A stretch of DNA of 64,000 nucleotides from NCBI GenBank assembly GCA_948823415.1, contig CAQKRU010000003.1, positions 7,798 to 71,797 on the forward strand. Direction: 5' to 3'. Each line of letters opens with the position of its first letter. The first letter of the stretch is position 1. Made by a program: the position numbers and the translations under genes. Below the pieces are notes generated by a model, which had not been told where the DNA came from, searched no databases, and saw only the letters and a list, made by a program, of their open reading frames with translations. Origin of the DNA: an uncultured Eubacteriales bacterium (lineage in GTDB: Bacteria; Bacillota; Clostridia; Oscillospirales; Acutalibacteraceae). This document shows positions 45,401 to 57,229 of this stretch, piece after piece.

Positions 45401-46029
45401 ATTTGATCCCGTTTGGGTCTATTGTGAGGGTTCAGGAAGGCCAGCAGATAGAGGCTGGTGAGCGTTTGACTGAGGGTTCGGTTAACCCGCACGACGTTCT
45501 GGCCATAAGCGGGACGGACGCTGTGCAGAATTACCTGATACAGGAGGTGCAGCGCGTTTACCGCATGCAGGGCGTTGACATTAACGACAAGCACATCGAG
45601 GTCATTGTGCGGCAGATGATGCGCAAGGTGCAAGTTAAGGATCCCGGCGACACCGACTTGATTGCGGGTTCTATGGTGGATAAGTCCGACTTTATTGCGG
45701 CTAATGACGAGATTCGGCGGCGGACTGAGGATGGCGAAGAGGGACTTTTGGAAGCTACTTGTATTCCGACTTTATTGGGAATTACTAAGGCTTCGCTCGC
45801 TACGGAGTCGTTCTTGGCGGCGGCTTCTTTTCAGGAGACTACTCGAGTTTTGACGGATGCGGCGATAAAGGCTAAGATTGACCCTCTGGTGGGGCTGAAG
45901 GAAAACGTTATTATTGGAAAGCTGGTTCCTGCTGGCACGGGGATGCATCGGTACAGCGACGTTGTTGTTAATCGGCTTCCGGACGCGGACGATTTGGCTG
46001 AGGGAGCTCCGAGTGACGCTGGTGCTTAG
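42466..46029 (+). CDS. rpoC: DNA-directed RNA polymerase beta' subunit
   Basis: Zn-finger CHCGKYK...CDRCG and catalytic [15 protein letters not shown] at 42466 after GGGGG. Confidence 0.95.
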   Translation: MKFNVFESIKIRLASPDQIREWSRGEVKKPETINYRTLKPERDGLFCERIFGPQKDWECHCGKYKRIRYKGKVCDRCGVEVTRSKVRRERMGHIELAAPVSHIWYFKGIPSRMGLILDISPRMLEKVLYFALYIVTDPGKARELVKYQFLTEREYRDLKEKYEDDFEALMGAEAVKKLLAEIDLEALSKELKDELESAVGQKRVRILKRLEVVESFRLSGNRPEWMILDVIPVIPPDLRPMVQLDGGRFATSDLNDLYRRVINRNNRLKRLLELGAPDIIIRNEKRMLQEAVDALIDNGRRGRPVTGANNRPLKSLSDMLKGKQGRFRQNLLGKRVDYSGRSVIVVGPELKMYQCGLPKEMALELFKPFVMKRLVETGASNNIKSARKAVDRVKPEVWDALEIVIKGHPVLLNRAPTLHRLGIQAFEPVLVEGRALKLHPLVCTAYNADFDGDQMAVHVPLSAEAQAEARFLMLAAGNLLKPSDGRPVTVPTQDMVLGSYYLTLDKEGEKGEGKVFRNFEEALMAYDAKDIGLHAKIKVRRTVVVQGEKVTGMIETTVGKIIFNQPIPQDLGFVERENLDDYLKLEIDFLVGKKQIQKIIDRCIKVHGTQVTARVLDSIKDQGFKYSTRGAITVAVCDAVVPPAKKEIIADAEAQIEKVSQQFKRGLISDEEREGHVLKIWDKATNGVTAALQENLDRYNPIYMMADSGARGSMSQIRQLAGMRGLIANTSGKTIEVPIRANYREGLNVLEYFISSRGARKGLADTALRTADSGYLTRRLVDVSQEVIIREDDCGTTEGLTVFEIKDGKESIESLHERLIGRYLCEDFVDAVTGEVLVSKDKLMDDHDADVIIGAGVEKIDIRSILGCRARHGICKKCYGSNLANGMPVAVGEAVGIIAAQSIGEPGTQLTMRTFHTGGVASAEDITQGLPRVEELFESRKPKHLAIISEISGEVSFEEVKNNRHIVVYNSESGEKVSYLIPFGSIVRVQEGQQIEAGERLTEGSVNPHDVLAISGTDAVQNYLIQEVQRVYRMQGVDINDKHIEVIVRQMMRKVQVKDPGDTDLIAGSMVDKSDFIAANDEIRRRTEDGEEGLLEATCIPTLLGITKASLATESFLAAASFQETTRVLTDAAIKAKIDPLVGLKENVIIGKLVPAGTGMHRYSDVVVNRLPDADDLAEGAPSDAGA

Positions 46030-46127
46030 AATTTATCTGGCCAGGTTGGTGGTTGATGCTTGACTGGCGGGGCTTTGGGAGCTGCTCTTGATTGTGGGAT
46101 TTTTTGTGAATTTTTGAGAGAAAATCG

Positions 46128-46157
46128 TTGACAGCGCCTGTGAAAGTATGGTACAAT
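46128..46157 (+). promoter_or_regulatory. Promoter of the rpsL operon (TTGACA-N18-TACAAT with upstream TG)
   Basis: Direct reading. About 205-nt leader to rpsL. Confidence 0.55.
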
Positions 46158-46367
46158 ACTGTATTGTGGAAGATTATATACGCAAATCATCCATGTGGTG
46201 GTTTGCTTTTGTTTTCAAGTTTTGATGCTGCGGCTATTTTTGCGGTGGCAAGGGGTTTTTGCTGATTATTATGTTTATTTTTGGTTATAAAGCTCAGACT
46301 ATTACTGCTGTTGCGGTGCTTTTGTTGCGAGCTTTTAACATATATCTTGATTTTGAGGAGGTGTAAT

Positions 46368-46796
46368 ATGCCAACCTTTAACCAGTTAGTTAGAAAGGGC
46401 AGAAAGGTTTCTGAGAAAAAGTACAAGGCGCCGGCTCTTTTGAGGGGATGGAATGCTAAAAAACGGCTTCCTATTGAACAGACTTCTCCGCAAAAACGTG
46501 GCGTTTGTACGGCTGTTAAGACTGCTACGCCTAAAAAACCTAACTCGGCACTTAGAAAGATCGCTAGGGTGCGCCTTTCAAACGGAATTGAGGTTAGCTC
46601 GTATATTCCGGGCGAGGGTCATAACTTGCAAGAACACAGCGTTGTGCTTATTCGTGGCGGACGTGTTAAGGATTTACCTGGTGTTCGATATCACATTGTT
46701 CGCGGAACTTTGGATGCGCAGGGCGTTGCTAAACGTATGCAGGCTCGGTCTAAGTACGGAGCTAAGCGGCCTAAGGCAGGCGGAGCTAAGAAATAA
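46368..46796 (+). CDS. rpsL: 30S ribosomal protein S12
   Basis: Starts [12 protein letters not shown], preceded by a GAGGAGG RBS. Confidence 0.95.
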   Translation: MPTFNQLVRKGRKVSEKKYKAPALLRGWNAKKRLPIEQTSPQKRGVCTAVKTATPKKPNSALRKIARVRLSNGIEVSSYIPGEGHNLQEHSVVLIRGGRVKDLPGVRYHIVRGTLDAQGVAKRMQARSKYGAKRPKAGGAKK

Positions 46797-46964
46797 TCTG
46801 TTTTTTGAAATTGACAAATACCTTTACGGATGCAGATTGCACCTTGCAATGCAGATGTGTTTATTATAGATTTTAGATTTTATTTGGCACCTCTGTATTG
46901 GCAAACGGGAGTTTTGTCGCTTTCGAGTACCTAGGATATCATTTTTGTGAAGGAGGGAAGAGAA

Positions 46965-47435
46965 GTGCCAAGAAGAGGTTCTATTACTAGGCGCGACGTT
47001 TTGGCGGATCCGGTTTATAATTCTAAGCTGGTGACTCGCCTTATCAACAACGTTATGTATGACGGAAAACGAGGCGTGGCGCAGAAAATCGTTTATGGCG
47101 CGTTCGATATTATTAGAGAGAAGGTTGGACGCGAACCGCTCGAGGTTTTTGAACAGGCTATGGAGAACATTATGCCAGTTTTGGAGGTTAAGGCTCGGCG
47201 GGTTGGCGGTGCTACTTATCAGGTGCCTATGGAGGTTCGGCCGGAACGCAGGCAGACTTTGGGATTACGCTGGTTGACGAATTATTCTCGGGCTCGTGCT
47301 GAACGGACTATGAGAGAACGGCTTGCGAACGAGATTATGGACGCTGTTAATGAGACTGGCGGAGCTGTTAAAAAGCGCGAGGATACTCACAAAATGGCGG
47401 AGGCTAACAAGGCTTTTGCACATTACAGATGGTAG
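46965..47435 (+). CDS. rpsG: 30S ribosomal protein S7
   Basis: GTG start gives (M)[11 protein letters not shown], preceded by an AAGGAGGG RBS. Confidence 0.95.
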   Translation: MPRRGSITRRDVLADPVYNSKLVTRLINNVMYDGKRGVAQKIVYGAFDIIREKVGREPLEVFEQAMENIMPVLEVKARRVGGATYQVPMEVRPERRQTLGLRWLTNYSRARAERTMRERLANEIMDAVNETGGAVKKREDTHKMAEANKAFAHYRW

Positions 47436-47497
47436 TTTATTTTGGGAAGATTTTTTGAGGATTTTACTATATTTTGAGAGAAAGGAGAGAGTTTTTT

Positions 47498-49576
47498 ATG
47501 GCAAGACAAGTTTCACTTGATTTTACGCGAAATATCGGGATAATGGCGCATATTGACGCGGGCAAGACTACGACTACTGAGCGGATTTTGTTTTATACTG
47601 GGGTTAATCATAAGATCGGCGAGACGCACGATGGCGCGGCGACTATGGACTGGATGGCTCAAGAGCAAGAACGCGGAATTACTATTACTTCTGCCGCTAC
47701 GACTTGTTTTTGGAAGGATCATCGGATTAACATTATTGATACGCCGGGGCACGTTGACTTTACTGTTGAAGTTGAGCGGTCTTTGCGGGTTTTGGATGGC
47801 TCGGTTACTGTTTTATGCGCTAAGGGAGGCGTTGAGCCGCAGTCGGAGACGGTGTGGCGTCAGGCGGACAAGTACGGAGTGCCGCGGATGGTGTATGTTA
47901 ACAAGATGGACATCATGGGGGCGGACTTTTACAACGTTGTGACTATGATGAAGGAACGCCTTAAGTGCAATGCTGTGCCGATACAGCTGCCGATTGGCGC
48001 GGAGGATACTTTTAAAGGGCTTATTGACTTGGTTGAGATGAAGGCTTATGTTTATTACGACGACCTGGGCAAGGATATCCGCGTGGAGGAGATTCCGGAG
48101 GACATGAAGGAGCTCGCGGAGAAGTATCATACCGAGCTTTTGGAGCACGTTGCGGAGCAGGATGAGGCGCTTTTTGAGAAGTATTTGGAGGGCGAGCAGC
48201 TTAGCGAACAGGAGATTAAGGACTGTATTCGTAAGGCGACGCTTGCTAATGCTATGGTTCCGGTTGTTTGCGGATCTTCTTATCGAAATAAGGGCGTGCA
48301 GAAGCTACTTGACGCCATTGTTGAGTACATGCCTGCGCCTACCGACGTGCCGGCTATTAAGGGTGTTAATCCTGAGACTGGCGACGAGGAAGAGCGGCAT
48401 TCTTCGGACGATGAGCCATTTGCTGCTTTGGCGTTTAAGATTGCTACGGATCCATTTGTTGGTAAGTTGTGCTTCTTTAGAGTGTATTCGGGCACTATTA
48501 GCGCGGGATCTACGGTTTATAACTCTACTAAGGACGATAACGAGCGGTTAGGTCGGATTTTGCAGATGCACGCAAATCACCGGCAGGACATTGAAACGGT
48601 TTATGCTGGCGATATTGCTGCGGCTGTTGGACTTAAAAATACCACTACGGGCGACACTTTGTGTACTGAGAAGGCTCCGGTTATTTTGGAGTCTATGGAG
48701 TTTCCGGATCCGGTTATTCGGGTTGCTATTGAGCCTAAGACTAAGGCGGGGCAAGAGAAAATGGGCATTGCTTTGGCTAAGCTTGCTGAGGAGGACCCGA
48801 CTTTTAAGGCTTATACTGACGAAGAGACCGGCCAGACTATTATTGCGGGTATGGGCGAGCTGCATCTAGAGATTATTGTTGATCGGCTTTTGAGAGAGTT
48901 TAAGGTTGAGGCCAATGTTGGTAAGCCGCAGGTTGCTTATAAGGAGACTATTCGCAGGAATGCTGATGTTGATCAGAAATATGCTCGGCAATCTGGTGGC
49001 CGCGGTCAATATGGTCATGTTAAGATTAAGATTGAGCCCAATCCTACTAAGGGTTACGAGTTTGTGAACTCGATTGTTGGCGGCGCTATCCCTAAGGAGT
49101 ACATTCCTGCGGTTGACCAAGGTATTAAGGGCGCCATGCTTTCGGGCGTTTTGGCGGGCTACAATGTTGTGGACGTTAAGGTTACGCTTTATGACGGTTC
49201 TTATCACGAGGTTGACTCTTCGGAGATGGCGTTTAAGATTGCTGGATCTATGGCTTTTAAAGACGCTATGAGGAAGGCTGACCCGGTTTTGCTGGAGCCT
49301 ATTATGAAGGTTTGCGTTACTGTTCCGGAGGAATACATGGGCGACGTTATTGGAGACATCAACTCGCGGCGCGGTATGATTCAGGGAATGGAGGCTATTT
49401 CTGGCGCGCAACGGGTTAATGCTTTGGTGCCGCTTTCGGAGATGTTTGGCTACGCTACGGATATGCGCTCTAAGACGCAGGGCAGAGGTCAATATACCAT
49501 GGAACCTAGTCATTACGCTGAAGTGCCAAAGTCGGTTTCGGAGAAAATTATTGCCGACAGAACTAAATCTAATTAG
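47498..49576 (+). CDS. fusA: Elongation factor G
   Basis: [20 protein letters not shown] and NKMD motifs. 692 aa. Confidence 0.95.
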   Translation: MARQVSLDFTRNIGIMAHIDAGKTTTTERILFYTGVNHKIGETHDGAATMDWMAQEQERGITITSAATTCFWKDHRINIIDTPGHVDFTVEVERSLRVLDGSVTVLCAKGGVEPQSETVWRQADKYGVPRMVYVNKMDIMGADFYNVVTMMKERLKCNAVPIQLPIGAEDTFKGLIDLVEMKAYVYYDDLGKDIRVEEIPEDMKELAEKYHTELLEHVAEQDEALFEKYLEGEQLSEQEIKDCIRKATLANAMVPVVCGSSYRNKGVQKLLDAIVEYMPAPTDVPAIKGVNPETGDEEERHSSDDEPFAALAFKIATDPFVGKLCFFRVYSGTISAGSTVYNSTKDDNERLGRILQMHANHRQDIETVYAGDIAAAVGLKNTTTGDTLCTEKAPVILESMEFPDPVIRVAIEPKTKAGQEKMGIALAKLAEEDPTFKAYTDEETGQTIIAGMGELHLEIIVDRLLREFKVEANVGKPQVAYKETIRRNADVDQKYARQSGGRGQYGHVKIKIEPNPTKGYEFVNSIVGGAIPKEYIPAVDQGIKGAMLSGVLAGYNVVDVKVTLYDGSYHEVDSSEMAFKIAGSMAFKDAMRKADPVLLEPIMKVCVTVPEEYMGDVIGDINSRRGMIQGMEAISGAQRVNALVPLSEMFGYATDMRSKTQGRGQYTMEPSHYAEVPKSVSEKIIADRTKSN

Positions 49577-49676
49577 TTTTGTTAAGTTTCTATTGATTTT
49601 TATTATCGAATTTGCTACAATGTAGACAATAGCATTTTAATTATTAATTTTTATGCATCAAAAGGAGGAAAATCCA

Positions 49677-50879
49677 ATGGCAAAGGCTAAATTTGAAAGA
49701 AATAAACCTCATGTAAACATTGGTACTATTGGTCACGTTGACCACGGCAAAACTACTTTAACTGCGGCTATCACTAAGGTTTTGAACTTGGGCGGAGCGG
49801 CTGAATTTGTTGATTATGCTAATATCGACAAGGCTCCTGAAGAGAGAGAACGCGGCATTACTATTAATACTTCGCACGTTGAGTATGAGACGGCGACTCG
49901 TCACTATGCTCACGTTGACTGCCCTGGCCATGCTGACTATGTTAAAAACATGATTACTGGTGCGGCGCAAATGGATGGAGCTATTTTGGTTGTTTCTGCT
50001 GCGGATGGCCCTATGCCTCAGACTAGAGAGCATATCTTGCTTGCTCGTCAGGTTGGCGTGCCTTGCATTGTTGTCTTTATGAACAAGGTTGACCAGGTTG
50101 ACGATGAGGAGCTTCTTGACTTAGTTGAGATGGAGATTCGCGATTTATTGAATGAATACGAGTTTCCTGGCGACGATACGCCTATTATTCGCGGTTCGGC
50201 TTTGGTTGCTCTTGAGTCTAGCTCGAAGGATCCTAATGCTGACGAGTACAAGTGTATTCATGAGCTTATGGACGCTGTTGACAAGTTTATTCCGACTCCG
50301 GAACGTAAGGCAGATCAGCCTTTCTTGATGCCGGTTGAAGACGTGTTTACTATTACTGGTAGAGGAACTGTTGCTACTGGTAGGGTTGAGCGCGGTCAGC
50401 TGAAGAATGGCGAGGAAGTTGAGCTTGTTGGTTTGACTGAAGAACGCACAAAGACCGTTGTTACGGGCATTGAGATGTTTAGAAAGATTTTGGATTATGC
50501 TGAAGCTGGCGACAATGTTGGCGTTCTTCTTCGCGGAATCCAGAGAGAGGACATTCAACGCGGTCAGGTTCTTGCTAAGCCGGGCACGATTAATCCTCAC
50601 ACCAAGTTTAGAGGCCAGGTTTATGTTTTGACTAAGGACGAGGGTGGCCGTCATACGCCGTTCTTTAATAATTATCGTCCGCAGTTTTACTTTAGAACTA
50701 CCGACGTTACGGGAATCATCAAGTTGCCAGAAGGTACCGAGATGTGCATGCCGGGCGACAACGTTGTTATGGACGTTGAGCTTATTACGCCTATCGCTAT
50801 TGAGGAAGGTTTGCGCTTTGCTATTCGCGAAGGTGGCCGTACTGTTGGGTCTGGCGTGGTTACTGCGATTAATTCGTAA
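49677..50879 (+). CDS. tuf: Elongation factor Tu
   Basis: Starts [27 protein letters not shown], preceded by an AAAGGAGG RBS. Confidence 0.97.
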   Translation: MAKAKFERNKPHVNIGTIGHVDHGKTTLTAAITKVLNLGGAAEFVDYANIDKAPEERERGITINTSHVEYETATRHYAHVDCPGHADYVKNMITGAAQMDGAILVVSAADGPMPQTREHILLARQVGVPCIVVFMNKVDQVDDEELLDLVEMEIRDLLNEYEFPGDDTPIIRGSALVALESSSKDPNADEYKCIHELMDAVDKFIPTPERKADQPFLMPVEDVFTITGRGTVATGRVERGQLKNGEEVELVGLTEERTKTVVTGIEMFRKILDYAEAGDNVGVLLRGIQREDIQRGQVLAKPGTINPHTKFRGQVYVLTKDEGGRHTPFFNNYRPQFYFRTTDVTGIIKLPEGTEMCMPGDNVVMDVELITPIAIEEGLRFAIREGGRTVGSGVVTAINS

Positions 50880-50909
50880 CGCACTTCGATTTTACAAATA
50901 TATATTTTG

Positions 50910-50944
50910 GCAAGTCCTAATGCTTGGGGCTTGCTTCTTTTTTG
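50910..50944 (+). terminator. Rho-independent terminator after tuf
   Basis: Stem GCAAGTCC/GGGCTTGC (one G-U pair) followed by TTCTTTTTTG. Confidence 0.7.
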
Positions 50945-51246
50945 CGCAAATTTTGAGGATTACTTTTAGCTGAAATTATTACAAAAGAGTTACAAAGCAA
51001 ACTTTAAAATTAACGGTGAAATGTATAAAAAATTCACACAAAGGCAATATTTTTAAGCGAAAACATATAGTTAAAATTTATGCAAGGTTTATACAAATGA
51101 TGAGGGATTGTGAACTATTTTTGTTGCTAGGATAGAAATTTAACTTTGTTGCGAAATTCCCTTGATATGTTTCGATTTAGGTGATAAAATAATTACATGT
51201 TTGTAATATGTGTTTCTAAATTGAAACAAAACGGAGGGAACAAAAT

Positions 51247-52392
51247 TTGAGAAAATGCAAAAAAATTCTGTCCGAATTGCTGGCGGTTGGCCTTTTAGTA
51301 AACCCCTTGAACGTTACCATAGGAAAAATAGGGTCTGCGCAGGTTATGGACCCTTATGCAGAGAACGAGATGGAGCGTTTGGAGAGACGCCAGCGCCAGT
51401 TGGCTGCGAAGTCTGATAAATTGAGGGGAAGCATCAGCAGCAAAAAAGCCTACAGAGCCAATATTTTGGAGCAGATAAACCTTTTGCAAAGTCAAATGAA
51501 CATATTGGCTGAGAAGATGAACTTGATTAACCGGGAGATTGCGTCGAAGCAGGCCAGAATGGACGAAGTTCAGCAGAAGTTGGATGAAAATATGGCTACC
51601 TTGGGCGAGAGGTTGAAGGCTATATATAAGGCTGGCGATATTCCGGAGATTGAGATCTTTTTGAATGTTCGAGATTTTGAGGATCTTATGGACAAGGCGG
51701 ACATGGTTCAAAAACTGAGCAAGTACGACGCTGGATTAATCGATGATTTGAAGGAAAACAGAGCTCAAATTGAGCAGGAGAAAAATGGTTTGGAAGACCG
51801 CAAGAAAGAGGTTGAGGTTTCTAAATCTGCTTTGGACGCGAAGTCTGAGGAGCTTAACAAAATAAAACGCGAAAATGAACAGATCGCGAATGAGCTTTTG
51901 CGGCGGGAGTCTAGATTGCGCAGGAGAATAAGCGCGAATGAGGCGCGAAAAAGAAACTTACAAAGTAATATTTTTAGAGGCAAGGCTAACGGCCGGCCGC
52001 AGATTACTAGGGGGAGTGGTCGATATGCTTGGCCGGTGCCGGGGCATGGGAGGATTTCTTCTGGTTGGGGAGGCAAGCGGCGCCACAACGGAATAGATAT
52101 TTCGGGACCTATTGGAACGCCCGTTATTGCGGCTGCTGATGGTGTTGTGGTTGAAGCTAATAGCTCTAACCGCTGGGGCCATGGCTGGGGCTACTATGTG
52201 CTTGTTCTTCACGATGACGGCAGCAAGACGATGTATGCGCATTTGAGTAGAGTTTTAGCGAGCCCGGGCCAACGGGTGCAAGCGGGGCAGGCCATTGGGC
52301 TTATGGGTAGCACGGGCCATTCTACTGGGAGCCACCTGCATTTTGGAGTTATGGTAAACGGCAGATGGGTGAATCCTATGCTGTTTCTGTAA
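51247..52392 (+). CDS. Coiled-coil M23 (LytM-type) peptidoglycan endopeptidase
   Basis: HNGIDISGPIGTPV and GHSTGSHLHFGV motifs, with a long N-terminal coiled coil. TTG start after GGAGGGA. Confidence 0.85.
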   Translation: MRKCKKILSELLAVGLLVNPLNVTIGKIGSAQVMDPYAENEMERLERRQRQLAAKSDKLRGSISSKKAYRANILEQINLLQSQMNILAEKMNLINREIASKQARMDEVQQKLDENMATLGERLKAIYKAGDIPEIEIFLNVRDFEDLMDKADMVQKLSKYDAGLIDDLKENRAQIEQEKNGLEDRKKEVEVSKSALDAKSEELNKIKRENEQIANELLRRESRLRRRISANEARKRNLQSNIFRGKANGRPQITRGSGRYAWPVPGHGRISSGWGGKRRHNGIDISGPIGTPVIAAADGVVVEANSSNRWGHGWGYYVLVLHDDGSKTMYAHLSRVLASPGQRVQAGQAIGLMGSTGHSTGSHLHFGVMVNGRWVNPMLFL

Positions 52393-52499
52393 GATTTGGT
52401 TAGAATTTTTCAAGTAAAATCGGGCATAATTAATATAGGTTGCCTTAAAACCCGAGCTGCGATGGTGGCTGCGGGTTTGTTTTTTAGGAGATTATTTTT

Positions 52500-53303
52500 A
52501 TGCCGAAAAAGAAAAATTATTTGAGGTATTATAAAAGGACTTACTTGAAGGGCCAGAGCTCGCGGATGAAGCGGAGAATCTTTGGATTTGCCGGGTTGAT
52601 GTTATTTGCAAGTGCCGTTGTTGTGGCATGCATTTTTGTGAAGATTGAAAGCGAAAACGAAGAGTCGCAGAATGATGCGTCGCTGGCGATGAATCAGGCG
52701 GTGAGCGTTAAGAAAAAACGGCTGAGGACGGACTTTGGCGCGTGGAACAAGTCTTACGATTGGCTGCTGGTTGTGGTTAACAACATGAACGAGATGCCCG
52801 ATTATTACGCGCCGCGGCTTAAGCAGATTGGCGATGTGGAGCTGGATGAGCGGATTGTGCCGGCGCTTAGCGAGATGCTGCGGGAGGCGAGCAAAAGTGG
52901 CGTGAAGTTGTGGATTTCTTTGGGGTACAGAAGCAAGGAGCGGCAGGAGTGCTTATTTAACGCGGAGGTTGAAAAATTTTTGCAGTCTGGGGTGGCTAAG
53001 GAACAAGCGAGGGAGCTGACTTTGGAGAATATCTCTGCGCCGGGGCACAACGAACATAACACTGGGCTGGCGGTGGACTTTAACGCCGCCGGAGAAGAAT
53101 TTTTGGCGACGCCAGAATATCAGTGGCTGCGCGATAATTGCGAAAAGTTCGGGTTTATTGCAAGATATGAAAAAGAAAAGGAGTCGTTGACCGGCAAAGC
53201 GTCCGAGCCTGCGCACTTTAGATACGTTGGAGAAGAGCACGCTGCGGCCATGAAGGCGAAGGATTTGTGTCTGGAGGAGTACGTTTCGGGGCTGATCCGT
53301 TGA
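52500..53303 (+). CDS. D-alanyl-D-alanine carboxypeptidase, VanY/M15B family, membrane anchored
   Basis: Motifs GYRSKERQ, GHNEHNTGLAVDF and EPAHFRYVG, with an N-terminal TM segment. Confidence 0.85.
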   Translation: MPKKKNYLRYYKRTYLKGQSSRMKRRIFGFAGLMLFASAVVVACIFVKIESENEESQNDASLAMNQAVSVKKKRLRTDFGAWNKSYDWLLVVVNNMNEMPDYYAPRLKQIGDVELDERIVPALSEMLREASKSGVKLWISLGYRSKERQECLFNAEVEKFLQSGVAKEQARELTLENISAPGHNEHNTGLAVDFNAAGEEFLATPEYQWLRDNCEKFGFIARYEKEKESLTGKASEPAHFRYVGEEHAAAMKAKDLCLEEYVSGLIR

Positions 53304-53391
53304 GCTGTTGCAGTGGGGTTGGATGAAATCGAAAATTCTGCTATAATTGTTTTGAAGGCCGCGATTTTGTTAGTTTGAAGGGATGAAAAAT

Positions 53392-54858
53392 ATGTCGCAA
53401 AGCAAAGTGAGGACGAGGTTCGCGCCCAGCCCGACGGGGTTTATGCATGTTGGGAATTTGCGAACGGCGCTGTATGAGTATTTGATAGCTAAGTCTTGTG
53501 GTGGAGAGTTTATCTTGAGGATTGAGGATACCGACAGAGAGCGGTTGGTGCCTGGCGCCATCGACGTAATATATGAAACTATGCGGAAAGTGGGCCTTAG
53601 GCACGACGAAGGACCTGATATTGGCGGGGATTATGGACCATACGTTCAGAGCGAGCGCCAAGGATTGTACAAGGAGAAGGCCGAGGAGCTGGTGCGATCG
53701 GGCAAGGCATACTATTGCTTTTGCACGAAGGAGCGGCTGGCGGGCCTGCACGATGAGCAGAGCGAGAAGGGCGAGTTTGCCGGCGGGTACGACAGGCACT
53801 GCAGGGATTTGCCTCAGGTGGAGGTGGACGCGCTTTTGCAGGCTGGGACGCCGTATGTTATCCGCCAGAAGGTACATCTGGAGGGCTCCACGACCTTTGT
53901 GGACTCTGTTTATGGCGAAATAACGGTCGAGAACAGCGAGATAGAGGACCAGATCCTGCTGAAGAACGACGGGTACCCTACATACAACTTCGCGAACGTC
54001 GTGGATGACCACGCGATGCGGATCACGCACGTTGTGAGGGGGAGCGAGTATTTGTCGTCGACGCCGAAGTACAACCTTTTGTATGAGGCTTTTGGCTGGG
54101 AGACGCCGACGTATGTGCATCTGCCGCTGATTATGGGGAAGAACGCGGATGGCACGACCTCGAAGCTCTCAAAAAGGCATGGTTCTGTGGGGTTCGAGGA
54201 CTTGGTGCGGCAGGGCTATTTGCCCGAGGCGATCGTGAATTACGTGGCGATGCTGGGCTGGTGTCCGCAGGAGAACCGCGAGATCTTCACGCTTTCGGAG
54301 CTTGTTTCGGCTTTTTCGGTGGAGCGCATCTGCAAATCGCCGGCCGTGTTTAATTTTGACAAGCTAAACTGGTTCAACGCCGAGTACATCCGGGCGATGC
54401 CGCTTGAGGAGTTCGCAAAGCTCGCGGAGCCGCAGTTCAGGTCGGCCATACGAGGGGAGCTTGACTGGATTAAGGTGGCCGCAATATTGCAGCAGCGGGT
54501 TGACGTTTTGACGCAGATCCGAGATATGGTGAGATTTTTGGGCGAGCTTAGGGATTACGACAGGGCGCTGTTTGTGAACAAAAAGAGCAAAACGGATTTG
54601 GAGAATTCCGTTGTGATGCTGAGGAACGCTATTGAGGAGCTTTCGAAGCTCGATGACTGGAGCCATGACGCTATTCATGATTGCTTAATTAGCTTAGCGG
54701 AGCGGTTGGGAGTCAAAAATGGCACTGTTATGTGGCCGGTGAGGATTGCTGCATCGGGGCAGCAGGTGACGCCTGGTGGAGCTATTGAGATTTTGGAGAT
54801 TTTGGGCAAGAAAGAGTCCTTAAAAAGGCTTGAGGCTGGACTTAAGAAGTTGATGTAA
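53392..54858 (+). CDS. gltX: Glutamyl-tRNA synthetase
   Basis: RFAPSPTGFMHVGNLRTAL (HIGH) and KLSKRHG (KMSKS). ATG at 53392 has better RBS spacing than ATG at 53383. Confidence 0.93.
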   Translation: MSQSKVRTRFAPSPTGFMHVGNLRTALYEYLIAKSCGGEFILRIEDTDRERLVPGAIDVIYETMRKVGLRHDEGPDIGGDYGPYVQSERQGLYKEKAEELVRSGKAYYCFCTKERLAGLHDEQSEKGEFAGGYDRHCRDLPQVEVDALLQAGTPYVIRQKVHLEGSTTFVDSVYGEITVENSEIEDQILLKNDGYPTYNFANVVDDHAMRITHVVRGSEYLSSTPKYNLLYEAFGWETPTYVHLPLIMGKNADGTTSKLSKRHGSVGFEDLVRQGYLPEAIVNYVAMLGWCPQENREIFTLSELVSAFSVERICKSPAVFNFDKLNWFNAEYIRAMPLEEFAKLAEPQFRSAIRGELDWIKVAAILQQRVDVLTQIRDMVRFLGELRDYDRALFVNKKSKTDLENSVVMLRNAIEELSKLDDWSHDAIHDCLISLAERLGVKNGTVMWPVRIAASGQQVTPGGAIEILEILGKKESLKRLEAGLKKLM

Positions 54859-54938
54859 AATTATTTTTGCCAATATGGCGGGATTAAGCGCGATGGTTTG
54901 GCTATGATCTTAGATTTTATGCTGTGTGGAGTGGTTTT

Positions 54939-56639
54939 ATGGAGGAGAAGAGTGCGAATTTGGCGGGCTTTTTGGATGAAAACAATAATTTTATCAAGGA
55001 TATCGTCAAGGAGGACATGAGGCCGGGCGGCCGCTGCTATGGCGAGAAGATCCACACTCGGTTCCCGCCCGAGCCGAATGGATACCTGCACATCGGGCAC
55101 GCAAAGGCCATTTGCATTGACTTTGGCTTGGCGGCGCAGTTTAGAGGCATTTGTAATCTACGCATGGACGACACGAACCCCGCGAAGGAAGATGTGGAGT
55201 ACGTTGAGGCGATAAAAGAGGACATAAAATGGCTTGGGTTCGACTGGGGTGACCGCTTTTATTTTGCGTCGGACTATTTTGAGGAGATGTATGAGTTTGC
55301 CTGCGAGCTGATAGGCAAGGGGCTGGCGTATGTTTGCGAGATGACGCCGGAGGAGGTAAAGGCGAACCGTGGGGATCTTTCTGCGGCGGCGGTGAGCTTT
55401 TATCGCGACAGGCCTCGGGCGGAGAGCTTGGACTTGTTTAAACGCATGCGGGCTGGGGAGTTTGCCGATGGCGCCATGACTTTACGGGCGAAGATTGACC
55501 TTGCGTCGGGCAACTTTAACATGCGAGACCCGGTGCTGTACCGAATCAATCACTCTCAGCATCACCGAACGCGCGACAAATGGTGCATCTACCCGATGTA
55601 CGACTACGCGCACCCCATTGAGGACGCCCTGGAGGGGATTACGCATTCGCTGTGCACGCTGGAGTTCGAGGATCACCGGCCGCTGTACGACTGGGTGATA
55701 AACAACGTGAGCGTGCCGCACAAGCCCCGGCAGATCGAGTTCGCGCGGCTTGGGATAAACCATACTGTGATGAGCAAGCGGAAGTTGCGCGCGCTGGTTG
55801 AGAAAGGCTTTGTGGCGGGGTGGGATGACCCAAGGATGCCGACGCTGTGCGGGCTGAGGCGGCGCGGGTATACTCCGGCGTCTATTCGGAATTTTTGTGA
55901 AAGAATCGGCGTGGCGAAGGTCAACAGCACGGCTGATTACGGCTTTTTGGAGCACTGCCTGCGTGAGGACTTGAATCAGAACGCTAGGCGGGCTATGGCG
56001 GTGCTGCGGCCGGTAAAGCTGATCATCACGAATTATCCGGAGGGCCAAGCGGAGAGCTTTGAGGTCGAAAATAACCCGAATCGCCCAGAGGACGGCACGC
56101 GGCAGATCTCGTTCTCGCGGGAGTTGTTCATCGAGGCGGACGACTTCATGCAGGAGCCGATTAAGGGGTACTTTCGGATGTTTCCGGGGAATGAAGTCCG
56201 GCTGAAGAGCGCCTATGTTGTGCGCTGCACGGGCAGCAAGACCGACGAGAATGGCAATGTGGTGGAGGTTTATGCTGAGTACGACCCCGAGACTATCGGT
56301 GGCAACACGCCGGACGGCAGAAAGGTGAAGGGAACCATCCATTGGGTGGACGCAAAGAATGCCGTGGATGCGGAAGTTCGGCTGTATAACGAGCTTTTTA
56401 CGGTTTCGGACCCGGAGGGGCAGGAGGGTGACTTCTCGGAGTATGTGAATTCGCAGTCTTTGGAGGTTTTGACGGACTGCAAGGTGGAGCGCTCGTTGGC
56501 GGACGCGAAGGCGCCGGATAACTTTCAGTTTATGCGGTTGGGCTACTTTTGCGTGGACAATGTCGACAGCAAGCCCGGGCGACTGGTGTTTAACCGGTCT
56601 GTTTCGCTGAAGGATGGCTTTAAACCGGGCAAGAAATAA
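54939..56639 (+). CDS. glnS: Glutaminyl-tRNA synthetase
   Basis: TRFPPEPNGYLHIGHAKA and VMSKRKL motifs, with a GlnRS-type C-terminal anticodon-binding region. Confidence 0.92.
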   Translation: MEEKSANLAGFLDENNNFIKDIVKEDMRPGGRCYGEKIHTRFPPEPNGYLHIGHAKAICIDFGLAAQFRGICNLRMDDTNPAKEDVEYVEAIKEDIKWLGFDWGDRFYFASDYFEEMYEFACELIGKGLAYVCEMTPEEVKANRGDLSAAAVSFYRDRPRAESLDLFKRMRAGEFADGAMTLRAKIDLASGNFNMRDPVLYRINHSQHHRTRDKWCIYPMYDYAHPIEDALEGITHSLCTLEFEDHRPLYDWVINNVSVPHKPRQIEFARLGINHTVMSKRKLRALVEKGFVAGWDDPRMPTLCGLRRRGYTPASIRNFCERIGVAKVNSTADYGFLEHCLREDLNQNARRAMAVLRPVKLIITNYPEGQAESFEVENNPNRPEDGTRQISFSRELFIEADDFMQEPIKGYFRMFPGNEVRLKSAYVVRCTGSKTDENGNVVEVYAEYDPETIGGNTPDGRKVKGTIHWVDAKNAVDAEVRLYNELFTVSDPEGQEGDFSEYVNSQSLEVLTDCKVERSLADAKAPDNFQFMRLGYFCVDNVDSKPGRLVFNRSVSLKDGFKPGKK

Positions 56640-56660
56640 GTTTTTGTCAAATATAAAGTT

Positions 56661-56700
56661 CCCCTATGTCAAGCGGATGGCTTAGCGTAGGGGATTTTCT
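56661..56700 (+). terminator. Probable terminator after glnS
   Basis: Outer stem CCCCTA/TAGGGG with an inner AAGC/GCTT pairing, followed by ATTTTCT. Confidence 0.5.
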
Positions 56701-56715
56701 GCTGTTAATATGGGT

Positions 56716-57021
56716 TTATTTAGATAGAATGTAGTAGTCGAGGAGCTTGTAGAGCCGAGTGCGGGCTTTTTTGATGTGCCGCGAGGCGGTGGACTTGCCT
56801 ATGCCCAGCTTTAATGCGATTTCTGTGACTGTTAAATTTTTGTAATATCGCATGATGATGCACTGCTGTTGACGTTCGGTCAGTTCGCCTGCTATAATCT
56901 TAGACAAAATGCGAAGAAGCTGCTTGTGCTCGGCCTCGTTTGTAAAATGCATACTCTTGTTGTACTCCATCATTCCGGCGACGGACTCGGTAAATTCGTT
57001 CAGTGTCGTTTTAGTATTCAT
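56716..57021 (-). CDS. Sigma-70 region-4-like HTH protein (101 aa; mobile-element regulator type)
   Basis: LTERQQQCIIMRYYKNLTVTEIALKLGIGKSTASRHIKKARTRL is a region-4/LuxR-like HTH. No region 2 is present. Confidence 0.7.
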   Translation of the reverse strand: MNTKTTLNEFTESVAGMMEYNKSMHFTNEAEHKQLLRILSKIIAGELTERQQQCIIMRYYKNLTVTEIALKLGIGKSTASRHIKKARTRLYKLLDYYILSK

Positions 57022-57229
57022 CTTTCAAATCTCTTCTTTCACAAAGTTTTAAGTATTCGCTGGTGTGTTTCAAATCGAGACAAATCGAATATAGGATGGA
57101 AACTCGGCGTTTGACCTCTCTTTCGTCTGGCGGATCGGCGTATTTTAGCTGGCGCCGCAGGTTTTTGACGTATTTTGAAATGTGCTTGTACTCCAAAAAA
57201 TATTGCGCATAAAGTTGTTTGTAGTTCAT
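57011..57229 (-). CDS. Small protein (72 aa), translationally overlapping the sigma-r4-like gene
   Basis: ATG at 57229 after CGGAGG. 11-nt overlap with the downstream gene start. No recognisable motif. Confidence 0.55.
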   Translation of the reverse strand: MNYKQLYAQYFLEYKHISKYVKNLRRQLKYADPPDEREVKRRVSILYSICLDLKHTSEYLKLCERRDLKDEY

